The notes under the pieces are model-generated. The model did not search any database. It was given only the letters and a program-made list of their open reading frames with translations, and was not told the origin of the DNA. Shown piece after piece: positions 29,418 to 39,297 of a stretch of 64,000 nt of DNA. Position 1 is the first letter of the stretch; each line of letters opens with the position of its first letter. The position numbers and the translations under genes were made by a program. The stretch lies in NCBI GenBank assembly GCA_051648405.1, contig JBOFFC010000134.1:4317-68316 (forward strand), written 5' to 3'. This stretch comes from Lacipirellulaceae bacterium. Lineage in GTDB: Bacteria > Planctomycetota > Planctomycetia > Pirellulales > Lacipirellulaceae.

Positions 29418-29912
29418 GTGCGAAGATCACTCCCACTGCCGTCGCGGCGCGCCGCCTTGAACGTGGCGATGACGCCGATGATCGACGTCGTCTTCTTGCT
29501 CAACGTGTTCTTCCTGGTCGCCGCGTCGTTTCAGCAACGCGAAGCGGACCTCGCCGCAAGCGTGGTCGTTGAAGCAGAACCCGGGGCTGGCGCTTCGGTC
29601 CTCGCCCCCCCGGCGATCGATATCGACGAAGTCCTCGTGGCCGGCGTCCGGAACGGCGAACGAGTCGTCTGGACCGTGGGGGAACGCCAAGCCGCGAGCC
29701 GCCAAGAGCTCACCGCGATTTTGCGCGAGGTGGCGACGATCGCCCGCGACCTGCCGGTGACGATCGAGGCCGGCCCCGACGTTCCGCTCGGCGCCGTGGT
29801 CGCGGCGTACGACGCGGCCCGCGCGGCCGGGTTCGACAACGTCCGCCTCGCGGCGTCGCGCGCGTCGATCGAAGGCGCGGCTGCGAAGCCTCCCGCCGGG
29901 GGATCGCCGTGA
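29418..29912 (+). CDS. exbD: ExbD/TolR family protein (second copy)
   Basis: LNVAMTPMIDVVFLLNVFFLV signature. Its stop overlaps the next start (GTGA at 29909-29912). Confidence 0.8.
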   Translation: MRRSLPLPSRRAALNVAMTPMIDVVFLLNVFFLVAASFQQREADLAASVVVEAEPGAGASVLAPPAIDIDEVLVAGVRNGERVVWTVGERQAASRQELTAILREVATIARDLPVTIEAGPDVPLGAVVAAYDAARAAGFDNVRLAASRASIEGAAAKPPAGGSP

Positions 29913-31357
29913 GACACGCTCGAATCGCGATCGCCGTTGGGCTGCTGGCGTGCGCAGCGAACGCGGTCAACGCCGCGACCTCGAACGAGGAAGCTGCAAG
30001 GGCGGCGGAGCTCTACCGCGCTGGGGACCTCGCCCGCGCCGTCGAGGCGTTCGACAGCGCGGCGGGGATCGCGTTTCGGGAAGGCGCCAAGGGGCGGGCG
30101 CTCGACCTTGCGCTCGCCGCGGCCGAGACGCAGCGCACGCGCGGCGAGCTGCTGGACGCCTCGGAGCGGTTCCGCCGCGCGGCGCTCGTCTCGCCGAACG
30201 ACCCCCGCGCCGCCGAAGCCCACCACACGGCGTGCGCGCTCGCCGCCGAGGCGCTCCGAAAGGGGCCGGCCGCCGACGCGCAGCTCGCGGCGTACGACGT
30301 GCTGCTCACCGAGCACGCGGCGGGCTGGCCCGACGCGCCGACCGCCGCCGACGCCGCGTGGCGCCGGGTCGAGCTGCTGGCGCCGCGCGGCAGGTGGGAC
30401 GAGCTCCTGGCGCGAGTGCGACCGATTGCGCAACGCGACCCGCGACGCCCCCGAGCCGACGCGCTGCGAGTGCAAGCGTGCGACGCCATCGCCCGCGCGG
30501 CGCGAGAGCAAGGGGACGCCGCGATCGAGCGCGTTGCGCGCGACGTCTCCGACGCGCTGCTGCCGATGATCGTCGGAAAGAGCAACACGTGGCCTCGCTC
30601 GTGGAGCGACACGCAGCGTGCGGCGGCGGCGGCCCTGGCCGACGCGCACCTCGCGCGCGGCGCGGCGGGCGCCGAGTACGCCGCGCCGCTGCTGCGCGTC
30701 GCGCTGCAGGGGGCGCCCCCTCCCGAAGCGGCGTGGCGCGACCGCGCCGCCGCGCAGCTGGCCGTCGCCCTTGCGGCGACACGGAAACACGACGAAGCGG
30801 CCGAGTGCTTCGCGACCCTCGGCGTGACCGACACGCAGGCACGCGAGAAGCTCGCTGCGGCGCTGGGCAAGCGGCTTTCCGCCGCGCCGCCGAGGCTCTG
30901 GCCCGACGAGGCGCCGCGCCTCGCTAGGGCGCTGCGTGCGGCAGCGTCCGGAGCGCGCCCGGGGACCCCGGTCTCCGCGGCGGAAACCCGCGACCAAGCC
31001 GCCGCGCTCACAAGCCTGGGACGAGCCGACGAGGCCCTCGCGTTGCTCCGCGCGCGGGTCGAGCGCGACCCGCGCGACGCGCAAGCCGCGATCGACTACG
31101 CGCGGCTGCTGTCCGACTCCCCCGAAGCGAAGGACGTCCAAGCGGCGCTCGCCGTCTGGACGAACATCGAAGCCCGCTCTGCGCGCGGGGACGAGCCGTG
31201 GCGCGAAGCGCGGCTCGCCCGGCTTCGCTTGCTGCGGCGACTCGACCGCGACGAGCAGTTCCGGCGCCTGCTGGCGGTCACGCGGCTCCTCGCCCAACCC
31301 GAAGGGGACTTCGCCGAGCAACTCGACCGGGTCGCGAGCGAAGACGTTCCTCGGTAG
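29909..31357 (+). CDS. secreted all-alpha, TPR-like repeat protein
   Basis: 482-aa Ala/Arg/Leu-rich ORF with a signal-like N-terminus (IAIAVGLLACAANAVNA) and helical-repeat texture. Translationally coupled to exbD2. Confidence 0.5.
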   Translation: MRHARIAIAVGLLACAANAVNAATSNEEAARAAELYRAGDLARAVEAFDSAAGIAFREGAKGRALDLALAAAETQRTRGELLDASERFRRAALVSPNDPRAAEAHHTACALAAEALRKGPAADAQLAAYDVLLTEHAAGWPDAPTAADAAWRRVELLAPRGRWDELLARVRPIAQRDPRRPRADALRVQACDAIARAAREQGDAAIERVARDVSDALLPMIVGKSNTWPRSWSDTQRAAAAALADAHLARGAAGAEYAAPLLRVALQGAPPPEAAWRDRAAAQLAVALAATRKHDEAAECFATLGVTDTQAREKLAAALGKRLSAAPPRLWPDEAPRLARALRAAASGARPGTPVSAAETRDQAAALTSLGRADEALALLRARVERDPRDAQAAIDYARLLSDSPEAKDVQAALAVWTNIEARSARGDEPWREARLARLRLLRRLDRDEQFRRLLAVTRLLAQPEGDFAEQLDRVASEDVPR

Positions 31358-31511
31358 TCGCAGCATGGCGCGGTGCGCCCGACGGCGTCATGAAAAAAGC
31401 AAACGCCGCCGGCTTTCGCCGACGGCGTTCGTGGGCGCCCAGCGGGGGGGGACCGCGGGCGCCGGGGGGGTTTGGTGCGTGGACCGATCGGGGCCCACTA
31501 CGCGACGGGTC

Positions 31512-31871
31512 TCACCACGGGGCGCGGACGTTGTAGACGCCGAACTGCGTCGTGTCCTGCGGCCAGACCGGGGTGTTCTGGAACGGGCCGCCGAACGGAC
31601 CTTGGCCCGGGTAGTTCCGCCCGAACTGGTGGTCCAGCCGCGAGACGCGGCTCGAGGCGACGCCCCACCGCCAGTTCGTCTGCATGGTCGCAGTCGGCGG
31701 CACGACCATCGCCACCGGCTGGCCGTACTGCCCGTGGGCGTAGCCCGCGTTCCAGTTGTAGTTCTGCGCCCGATTGAGGGGCCACATGTAAGGGTGCGCG
31801 TCGGCGACACCCGCGGCGAGGGCCGTCACGGCGATCGCCAGCGCGATCCACGGCCGAGGAACAGCACGCAT
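31512..31871 (-). CDS. small secreted aromatic/Asn/Gly/Pro-rich hypothetical protein
   Basis: Start at ATG 31871 gives signal peptide MRAVPRPWIALAIAVTALAAGVADA. The upstream part of ORF 31512..32261 is Arg-rich junk. Confidence 0.55.
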   Translation of the reverse strand: MRAVPRPWIALAIAVTALAAGVADAHPYMWPLNRAQNYNWNAGYAHGQYGQPVAMVVPPTATMQTNWRWGVASSRVSRLDHQFGRNYPGQGPFGGPFQNTPVWPQDTTQFGVYNVRAPW

Positions 31872-31953
31872 CGACGTGACTCCGGTTCGGGGAAACTCTG
31901 TTCGACTATACCGACGTTCAACCCACCCGCTGCGCGGCGACTCGGCCGGCGGC

Positions 31954-32397
31954 TCAGCGATAGAACGGGTAGCTCGGGGCGTACTCGGTGTTCGCGAACG
32001 GCAGGTGCGGCCAGTGGCCCCTGCCGTGGTCGTAGAGGCCGAACGAAGCGGCCTGCAACAGCGTCCCCGAGGTGCCGTAGCGGACCTTGGCCCGCGTCCA
32101 CCCGGCGCCCGGGTTGTGCGTGTAGTACGAGCGATGGTGCTTGTACATGTACTCGTGCGGCATGAACGGCTGGTACGTCGTGTAGGTGTGCCCGACGTTC
32201 GCCGGCGTCGGCAGGGGCGAGACGTACATCTGCGCCGCCGTGCCGCTCGGTTGGGGCCCAACGTACGAGTTGTAGAACAGGTCGTTCGGCCGCTGGTAGC
32301 TGATGACCCGCTTCCCCTCCCAGCCGTGACCGGCGAAGGCGAGCGACGACGACAGGGCGGCGCTTGCCGCCACCAATCCCCACAGACGCGACTTCAT
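31954..32397 (-). CDS. small secreted Tyr/His/Pro-rich hypothetical protein
   Basis: 147-aa ORF with signal peptide MKSRLWGLVAASAALSSSLAFA. The mature part is rich in Y/H/P/G (HTYTTYQPFMPHEYMYKHHRSYYTH). Confidence 0.6.
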   Translation of the reverse strand: MKSRLWGLVAASAALSSSLAFAGHGWEGKRVISYQRPNDLFYNSYVGPQPSGTAAQMYVSPLPTPANVGHTYTTYQPFMPHEYMYKHHRSYYTHNPGAGWTRAKVRYGTSGTLLQAASFGLYDHGRGHWPHLPFANTEYAPSYPFYR

Positions 32398-32684
32398 CGG
32401 AAGCCTCCTTGCTCCGCAGACGGAACCCCTTCCGCGAGTCGGGCCGACGCATTGCGTCCCCCCCCGACGGGTCGGCTGCCGAGCCGATCCCGACCGTTCG
32501 CTGGCATCCGTGCCCTGCCGGTCTGACGGAAGGATCGACCCGGCACGACCGCTGCGCCGATTGTTTTCGTGCTAGCCCTCACAGCCCGCACGACCGGCCC
32601 CCATGGAACGCCCGGCAGGGTCGGCGCCCCCCACGGGCGGGTATACTGATTGCTAGCCCCCTACCGCCCCTTCGCGAGGCACGC

Positions 32685-33341
32685 ATGGCGACCGCAAGCG
32701 TCCCGGCCACCACCGAGTGGACCGCCCAGAGCCTGTTCGAGCGCTTCGGCCCGATCCCGCTGGCGCGGGTCGTCACCCGCCCGCGCCCGGGGACGGCGAC
32801 CATCGACGACGTGATCCGGCTCGAAGCCCAAGAGAACCGTTTGTGCGAACTGGTCGATGGCGTCCTGTTGGAGAAGGTCATGGGATTTATTGAATCGCTC
32901 CTCGCCTTGCGGCTCGGCGCCCTGCTGACCGCGTTCGTCACCGAGCGGAAGCTCGGCATCACCGCCGGCGAGGCGGGGATGCTCCGGATCCTGCCCGACC
33001 AAGTGCGGATCCCGGACGTGTCGTTCATCTCGTGGGACCGGCTGGAGGGCTCCGGCTTCCCCGAACAGGCGGCGCCCGACCTGGCCCCTGACCTGGCGGT
33101 CGAGGTCCTCAGCGCCGGGAACACGGAGCGCGAGATGCGTCGCAAGCTCGACGAGTACTTCGAGGCCGGGGTGCGGCTGGTGTGGTACATCGACCCGGCG
33201 ACGAAGACCGTGACCACCTATACGACTCCCGAACAGTCGGTCGTGCTGACTGTGGACGACAAGCTCACCGGCGGCGAGGTGCTGCCGGGCTTCGAGGCGA
33301 GCCTCCGCGAGCTGTTTGCGACGCCGACGAGGCCGGTGTGA
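32685..33341 (+). CDS. Uma2 family (DUF820) endonuclease
   Basis: Start at ATG 32685. PD-(D/E)xK-like pattern PDVSFISWDR ... PDLAVEVLSAGNT ... KLDEYFEAGVRLVWYIDP is typical of Uma2 proteins. Confidence 0.8.
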   Translation: MATASVPATTEWTAQSLFERFGPIPLARVVTRPRPGTATIDDVIRLEAQENRLCELVDGVLLEKVMGFIESLLALRLGALLTAFVTERKLGITAGEAGMLRILPDQVRIPDVSFISWDRLEGSGFPEQAAPDLAPDLAVEVLSAGNTEREMRRKLDEYFEAGVRLVWYIDPATKTVTTYTTPEQSVVLTVDDKLTGGEVLPGFEASLRELFATPTRPV

Positions 33342-33413
33342 TTGGAGCTGTCGCTGTACCTCAAGTCCGAAGTAGCAAGACATCGACTCCTTATCCTCGT
33401 AGGAATCCTCCAC

Positions 33414-33752
33414 ATGAATGCCCTCAAGTTCAACCGCGACCATCAGGCCGCCTTCTTCGCCCGTGCGCACATCGAAGCCGACCCTGCTATCTGCGAAGTC
33501 TGGCATGCTCTTGGAGGCGCCGGCGATCGCGAGGTTCGGCTCATTGAAGTGAACACGATGCTGGGGGCCCTGCGCGATGATTGCTTGGAGCCCATCGAGT
33601 TTACGATTGACCGTGGTCTAGAGACCATGCATCGCCTGTGTGTTCTCGACGTTACAGTAGACCAGTGGAATCGCATGCAGTCGAACGCACTTTCTCCCCC
33701 GCTAGGCTGGTCGCTCGATGGCGCGGTTCGCGTACAGCCGCGTAGGCCATGA
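33414..33752 (+). CDS. hypothetical protein (first gene of a lower-GC two-gene cassette)
   Basis: 112-aa ORF from ATG 33414. Its stop overlaps the next start (ATGA at 33749-33752). No recognisable family. Confidence 0.4.
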   Translation: MNALKFNRDHQAAFFARAHIEADPAICEVWHALGGAGDREVRLIEVNTMLGALRDDCLEPIEFTIDRGLETMHRLCVLDVTVDQWNRMQSNALSPPLGWSLDGAVRVQPRRP

Positions 33753-34258
33753 ACGAGCAGCAACGACTCTGGATCGCGCAGGCGCGATCGGACTACGCCG
33801 TTTTCATAACCCTTCGCGAGAGCGGCTCGCACCCATGCCATCTCCTGCACTACCTTCAGATGTCCACCGAGAAGCTGAGTAAGGCGTACGTCTGGCGTTC
33901 AGGGAAAGTTCCGAAGAAGAGTCACATCGGGTTCAGCGTCTTTCTGCGTAGTCTGCGCCACCTTCCAAGCGATCAAGATAGAGAGGTTGTCGCCTCGTCG
34001 CTCGGATTCAAGAGCTTCCGCGAGTTCAGCGAATGGGCCAAAGATGCAGCCCCCATCGCCAATGGGGTCGAACGGTTGGCACCGGCGCTTGCGGGCGACG
34101 GACCAAATCCTGAGTACCCGTGGCCACCCGGGGACCCGAGGTGGACTCCCGTCGAACACGAGTTCGACGTTTGGAGCGAGCTTACGAACAAGCCCCGCGG
34201 ACGGCAATTCCTGCAGGTACTCGGGCGTGCGATCGAGCGCTTCTCATCGTTCGCGTGA
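33749..34258 (+). CDS. hypothetical protein, weakly HEPN-like
   Basis: 169-aa [15 protein letters not shown]...[17 protein letters not shown]...KKSH resembles the HEPN helix pattern, but I see no clean Rx4-6H motif. Confidence 0.4.
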   Translation: MNEQQRLWIAQARSDYAVFITLRESGSHPCHLLHYLQMSTEKLSKAYVWRSGKVPKKSHIGFSVFLRSLRHLPSDQDREVVASSLGFKSFREFSEWAKDAAPIANGVERLAPALAGDGPNPEYPWPPGDPRWTPVEHEFDVWSELTNKPRGRQFLQVLGRAIERFSSFA

Positions 34259-34388
34259 CGGGAAACGTCGTGCCCGCCCCGACCCGCCCAACCTCGGGGC
34301 CCCCTTTCTGCCCGGGCGAGTTTCCCGTTTGATCGTGGCTCAGAAGCCCCGAACGCCCGCCCTGAGACCGACTCCCCGACGCCGCTCG

Positions 34389-36380
34389 ATGCCTGAAGCC
34401 GCCACCCCCCGCCGCAGCGACGCCACCAAGATGGCGGCCGCCCAGAAGGAGATCTCGGTCTCCGAGTTCTTCGCCAAGAACCGCCACCTGCTGGGGTTCG
34501 ACAACCCTCGCAAGGCGCTGCTGACCACCGTCAAGGAAGCGGTCGACAACTCGCTCGACGCCTGCGAAGAAGCCGGCATCCTCCCGGAGATCTGGGTCCA
34601 CATCGAGTCGGCCGGCCCCGGCAAGTACAAGGTCGGAGTCCAGGACAACGGCCCCGGGATCCTCAAGAAGCAGATCCCGCTGATCTTCGGAAAGCTGCTC
34701 TACGGCTCGAAGTTCCACCGCCTGCGCCAGAGCCGCGGACAGCAGGGGATCGGCATCTCGGCCGCCGGAATGTACGGCGTGCAGACCACCGGCAAGCCGG
34801 TGAAGATCATCTCGAAGGTCTCCAAGGGCAAACCGGCCCACTACTACGAGATCCAGATCGACACCAAGCGCAACGAGCCGCGGATCCTCAACGGCAAGGG
34901 GGAAGGGATCGACATCCCGACCGGCGACAAGGGGTCGTCGTACATCAAGGAGCACGGCATCGAGTGGGTCGAGCAAGAGCACGGCACGCGCGTGACGATC
35001 GAGCTCGAGGCGAAGTTTGTCCGCGGCCGCGGGTCGGTCGATGAGTACCTCGAGCAGACGGCGATCGCCAACCCGCACGTCACGCTGCACTACATCGACC
35101 CCGAGGACTACCAGTACGACTACCAGCGCAGCGCCGATCAACTCCCGCCGGAGCCGAAGGAGATCAAGCCGCACCCCTACGGCACCGAGCGCGGGCGGCT
35201 GGCGGCGATGCTCGAGGACTCGGAGTCGATGAGCGTCAGCGAGTTCTTCACGACGAAGTTCTCGCGCGTCACGCCTGCCGTGGCGAAGAAGCTCTGCGAG
35301 ACGGCCCAGGTCAGCACCCGGACCAACGTCCACAAGGTCGCGCGGCCGCAGGCCGACAAGCTGTACGACGCGATCCAGGCGACGAAGATCTCCCCCCCGG
35401 CGACCGACTGCATCAGCCCGATCGGCGAGGACCTGATCCTCCGCGGCCTGCACCACGTCGTGCCGGGCGAGTTCTATTCCGCCGCGACACGCCCCCCGGC
35501 CGTCTACCGCGGCAACCCGTTCGTCGTCGAGGTGGGGCTCGCCTACGGCGGGTCGGCGCCGACGCAGAACGTCACCAAGGACCTGCTCGGTGAGCTACTC
35601 GACGAGACCGACGCCCGCACCGTGCGCCAGTTCCTGATCCACACCTTCAACGGCCTGGGGGCCGAGTCGGCCGACAAGATCGTCAAGGCCTCGGGCCTGA
35701 AGACGCGGCAGACCCCGTCGGGACTCAAGCCGAAGGAGCGCGACAAGCTGCTCGAGGCCATGAAGGGGGTCAACGTCGCCGAGGGGCAGTCGATGGAGGT
35801 GCTGCGGTACGCCAACCGCGTGCCGCTGCAGTTCCAGCAGGCGGCGTGCGCCGTCACGCAGACGGTGCTGACGACCAACTGGCGGAGCTACGGGCTCAGC
35901 CAGTCGCGCGGGGCGCTCCCCAAGGGGCCGGTCTCGCTGATGGTCCACATCGCCAGCGTGTGGGTCCCCTTCACCAGCGAGTCGAAGGAGGCGATCGCCC
36001 ACTACCCGGAGATCCAGAAGGAGATCCGCCTCGGCCTGCAGTCGGTGGGGCGCAAGCTCGGCATGTACCTGCGCCGGCGGCTCAAGGTCAAGCAACAGTC
36101 GGACCGCCGCGAGGTCTTCTTGCGGTACCTGAAGGAGGTCTCCGGGGCGGTGAGTGTCATCAACGGCGCCGAGGTCAAGCCGCTGTACGAGCAACTGGTG
36201 CGCGTCGCGCAGAAGCACACTGCCGACGCCGACGTGAAGCTCGACGACCGCGGCCGCAAGGTCGAAGAGGACCCGACGAAGCTCGACCTCGGCGGGGCGG
36301 TGCTGATCGTGAACCCGGCGCACCACGAGGCGGCGATCAACCGCGTGGTGACGGCGCCGGCCGTGGCCGAAGGGGCGTAG
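34389..36380 (+). CDS. top6B: DNA topoisomerase VI subunit B
   Basis: GHKL/Bergerat motifs EAVDNSLDA (N box), VQDNGPGI (G1) and [11 protein letters not shown] (G2), followed by transducer-like and C-terminal regions. Start taken at ATG 34389 (alternative 34431); the track ORF extension to 33987 overlaps the previous gene. Confidence 0.9.
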   Translation: MPEAATPRRSDATKMAAAQKEISVSEFFAKNRHLLGFDNPRKALLTTVKEAVDNSLDACEEAGILPEIWVHIESAGPGKYKVGVQDNGPGILKKQIPLIFGKLLYGSKFHRLRQSRGQQGIGISAAGMYGVQTTGKPVKIISKVSKGKPAHYYEIQIDTKRNEPRILNGKGEGIDIPTGDKGSSYIKEHGIEWVEQEHGTRVTIELEAKFVRGRGSVDEYLEQTAIANPHVTLHYIDPEDYQYDYQRSADQLPPEPKEIKPHPYGTERGRLAAMLEDSESMSVSEFFTTKFSRVTPAVAKKLCETAQVSTRTNVHKVARPQADKLYDAIQATKISPPATDCISPIGEDLILRGLHHVVPGEFYSAATRPPAVYRGNPFVVEVGLAYGGSAPTQNVTKDLLGELLDETDARTVRQFLIHTFNGLGAESADKIVKASGLKTRQTPSGLKPKERDKLLEAMKGVNVAEGQSMEVLRYANRVPLQFQQAACAVTQTVLTTNWRSYGLSQSRGALPKGPVSLMVHIASVWVPFTSESKEAIAHYPEIQKEIRLGLQSVGRKLGMYLRRRLKVKQQSDRREVFLRYLKEVSGAVSVINGAEVKPLYEQLVRVAQKHTADADVKLDDRGRKVEEDPTKLDLGGAVLIVNPAHHEAAINRVVTAPAVAEGA

Positions 36381-36774
36381 TTGACGGCGCGGAGGGTGAT
36401 CCGATCCGGGTTGCCGGCGAGAAGCCCTCCGAGGCCGTCGAAACGGGCGCCCCGCCGCCTTGTGACGCGTTTCCGGGGGGGGCGTGACGCGAATCGGTAG
36501 GGCCTCGCGCCGCGCCATGCCCACCGCGGCGTGCGGAGTGGCGCGAAAACGCTCAAGAGAACTGGACTGCGGGGGGGCGCCGCTGGTAATCTACGGGGTG
36601 TTTGGGGCACGCTTTGGGGATCAATCGCGACCGCGATCCCGTGTTGCCGAAACCTCTTCTCGTACGATTCCGTTTCTCTTCCCGTCCGCTCGGTCGGTCG
36701 TCTCCCTTATCAAGGGAGCCTCCGGCGCGGGCGCCATAAGAATGCTCACTTGCTCTCCGTCTTCGAGAGAGGGA

Positions 36775-37233
36775 ATGACTCGCTTTGCGCGTTGTGTTTC
36801 GTGCTCTGCCCTCGTCGGGATGGTGGCTGTCCTTGTGAGCGGTTGCGGCGGGCCCGCCGGAGGGGGGGGTAAGGACCTCCAAACACGGCGTCAGCTTTCG
36901 CTTGTCGCGAGGGCCTACAGCGACTACCTCGCTCTCCACGGCAACGCCCCTCCGGCGAGCGAGGGGGCCTTTGTCGCGACGTTCGCCGACTACCAGCCCC
37001 AGCTCCAGGCGCTCGGCCTCGACGAACCGAGCGGCTTGCTCGTCTCGCCCCGGGACGGTCAGCCGTTTCTGGTCGCCTACGACGCGAAGACTTCCCGGCA
37101 GCGTGCCCCGTGGATCGCCGTCGAACGCGAGGGGGTCGAAGGCAAGCTCTTGGGAGTCCAGGCGCGTGGCGTTCTAGAGGAGGTGACTCCCGACCAACTC
37201 CCCGAAGCGATCCGGTCGGCGCTCGCCAAGTAG
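36775..37233 (+). CDS. putative lipoprotein
   Basis: Start at ATG 36775 gives MTRFARCVSCSALVGMVAVLVSGCGG (lipobox VSGC). Directly precedes the DUF1559 gene. Confidence 0.6.
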   Translation: MTRFARCVSCSALVGMVAVLVSGCGGPAGGGGKDLQTRRQLSLVARAYSDYLALHGNAPPASEGAFVATFADYQPQLQALGLDEPSGLLVSPRDGQPFLVAYDAKTSRQRAPWIAVEREGVEGKLLGVQARGVLEEVTPDQLPEAIRSALAK

Positions 37234-37290
37234 TTCGCTCTTCGTTCTCTTTTCTTCACCGGCGTCGTCCAACATCTCGGAAGCCTCCCC

Positions 37291-38460
37291 ATGGCAAGCA
37301 GCTCACGCATGTCTCGTCGCGCTTTCACGCTGGTGGAACTGCTGGTGGTGATCGCCATCATCGGGATCCTGGTGGCGATGCTCCTGCCGGCCGTCCAGTC
37401 GGCACGCGAGGCTGCGCGACGCGTGCAGTGCACTAACCAGTTGCGCCAAATCGGGCTCGCGCTGCAGAACCACGTCTCCGCGCTGAAGGTCTACCCCACC
37501 GCCGGCAACACCTTCAACACGTTCATCGAGCAGTACACCTCCGGGGGCACGACCAACCCCGGCACGCCGAACGGCCCCAACAAGCAGGGGCTCGGCTGGG
37601 CCTATCAGATCCTCACCTACCTCGAGGAAGGGGCCATCCGCAGCATCAACCGACAGGTTGAGCTCCGGCAGCAGACGATCCCCGGCTTCCACTGCCCCTC
37701 GCGCCGCAGCCCCGCCAAGCTCCGAGGCGCCAGCGGGGTGACCACCGTCCTGATGGACTACGCCGCCGCCATCCCGTTGGGGAACCGGTGTGGCACCGCG
37801 TTCCAGCCGGCTAACCCCAACGCGACGTTCGACATCACGAAGACCGTTCCGTGGAACGGACTCGCCTCCTACACCGAAGCCTACGCCTCGTTGTGGTGCG
37901 GCAACGGCAACAACGGTCATCCGGCCAACCGCAGCTCGACCTACGGTGTGATCACCCGCACCCCCTGGCGTTACCTCAATTGCGGCGGCGCCGCCTGCAC
38001 GCCGCCGTCGGCGACGGCGGCCGCCGTCGGGCAGGTCGTCCCGAACATGGCTCGTGCCGTGTCGGATAGCAAGATCACGGACGGCAACAGCCGGACGATG
38101 GTCGTCAGCGAGAAGCTCGTCCGTTCCGACCTCTACGGGGGGAACATGAACGGCGCGGGAGGGGAGTCGTGGTCGGACGACCTCGGGTGGTCGGACGGGT
38201 ACGACCCCGACACCGTACGCTTCACGGGGCTCCAGCCACGTTCCGACGGTGACGGGATCTGCTTCGAGCCGGCGACGGCGCGGTTCTGCACTGGGGCCAG
38301 CACGGAGGTCTTCTTCTTCGGCTCCGCCCACCCGGCGGGAGTGAACGCCGTCTACGCCGACGGGTCGGTCCACCAGATCAGCTTCTCGGTCGACGGCCTC
38401 CTGTTCAACGCCCTCGGCACCCGCAACGGCGGCGAAGAGATCGCCGGCGACACGAACTAG
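37291..38460 (+). CDS. DUF1559 domain protein with prepilin-type N-terminal cleavage/methylation motif
   Basis: [36 protein letters not shown] at the N-terminus and an H-x9-DG motif ([12 protein letters not shown]) at the C-terminus. Hallmark planctomycete family. Confidence 0.9.
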   Translation: MASSSRMSRRAFTLVELLVVIAIIGILVAMLLPAVQSAREAARRVQCTNQLRQIGLALQNHVSALKVYPTAGNTFNTFIEQYTSGGTTNPGTPNGPNKQGLGWAYQILTYLEEGAIRSINRQVELRQQTIPGFHCPSRRSPAKLRGASGVTTVLMDYAAAIPLGNRCGTAFQPANPNATFDITKTVPWNGLASYTEAYASLWCGNGNNGHPANRSSTYGVITRTPWRYLNCGGAACTPPSATAAAVGQVVPNMARAVSDSKITDGNSRTMVVSEKLVRSDLYGGNMNGAGGESWSDDLGWSDGYDPDTVRFTGLQPRSDGDGICFEPATARFCTGASTEVFFFGSAHPAGVNAVYADGSVHQISFSVDGLLFNALGTRNGGEEIAGDTN

Positions 38461-38543
38461 GACGCCGGGCGGTGTGTCGGCGGCGGGGCACGGCTCGGTA
38501 CAATGGGGACTCCCGTTCCCCAAGCCGAGAAAGGCCCGCTGAC

Positions 38544-38792
38544 ATGGTCAAGGTCGTCATCGACGAAGCCACCCGCGCCAAGCTGTTCGTGGCGCACACA
38601 GAGATTGAACTGGTCAACGAGGCGGGAAAGCCCCTCGGGCGGCTGGCGCCGACCCTCGAGGGCATGCTCGAAGGCTGGGAGCCCGTCACGCCGGCGCTGT
38701 CGGACGAGGAACTCGACCGTCGCGCAGCGGACACCAGCGGACCGACGATGACCACCGAGGAGCTGCTCGCCTACCTGAAGCGACCCCGATGA
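38544..38792 (+). CDS. putative antitoxin of a ParE/RelE-like pair
   Basis: 82-aa ORF from ATG 38544 (MVKVVIDEATRAKL...TTEELLAYLKRPR). ATGA overlap with the downstream toxin-like gene. Recognised by family pattern only. Confidence 0.45.
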   Translation: MVKVVIDEATRAKLFVAHTEIELVNEAGKPLGRLAPTLEGMLEGWEPVTPALSDEELDRRAADTSGPTMTTEELLAYLKRPR

Positions 38793-39061
38793 GCTTCGTC
38801 GTCACCTGGGGCCCGCGGCCGCCCGAGGCGCTCGACATCGCAGGGGCGGTCGCCGACAAACCTGGACGCTCGGCGATCGAGTCGGGTTTGGACGAGGTGC
38901 AGCGGCTCCTCAGAACCGACCCACTGCATCACGGCGAGTCGCGGACCGACGACTTCGACCGGGTTGTGGCAGTCCTACCATTGACCGCCTTCCACCGGGT
39001 TGACGTGCGACTGCGTGCCGTACGTGTCTACTACGCTCGTGTCCATCGGTCGGGCGTATGA
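38789..39061 (+). CDS. putative RelE/ParE-superfamily toxin
   Basis: 90-aa ORF. The pattern VVTW.P...AL......D........L.EV.RLLRTDPLHHGESR....R....PL.AFH.V.....V.V resembles ParE-like toxins. Confidence 0.45.
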   Translation: MSFVVTWGPRPPEALDIAGAVADKPGRSAIESGLDEVQRLLRTDPLHHGESRTDDFDRVVAVLPLTAFHRVDVRLRAVRVYYARVHRSGV

Positions 39062-39180
39062 CGCCGACTCGTTACGCCGCCGCACCTCTGCCGCCACAGC
39101 CTCGCTGTTGCTGGTGGCAGACACGACGGGGCTCGACGCCGTCCGGCGCCTCCGCGAGCATGGGCGGCTCGAACGACCAC

Positions 39181-39274
39181 TCTCGCAAAGCCGCAAAGGC
39201 GCAAAGCTGTAGCCTGAGATTCGTCCGCCGGGCGAGCCCTCGCCTTCCTTGGCGTCTTCGCGCCTTTGCGTGAA
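39181..39274. repeat. about 95-bp hairpin element of the CGCAAAG word family (W6)
   Basis: Arms tctcgcaaagccgcaaaggcgcaaag and cttcgcgcctttgcgtgaa flank a loop containing gggcgagccctcgcc. Lies immediately upstream of top6A. Confidence 0.6.
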
Positions 39275-39297
39275 CCCTTTTGATCGACTCCGAAAGA

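Noticed and set aside
29531-31366. 611-aa minus-strand ORF
   Set aside because: It is antisense to exbD2 and the TPR-like gene and has Arg/Gly/Pro-rich low-complexity composition. The plus-strand genes have family signatures and translational coupling.
33987-34388. Upstream extension of the top6B ORF
   Set aside because: It overlaps the preceding HEPN-like gene in another frame and is Ser/Arg/Pro-rich. The Topo VI B homology begins after ATG 34389.
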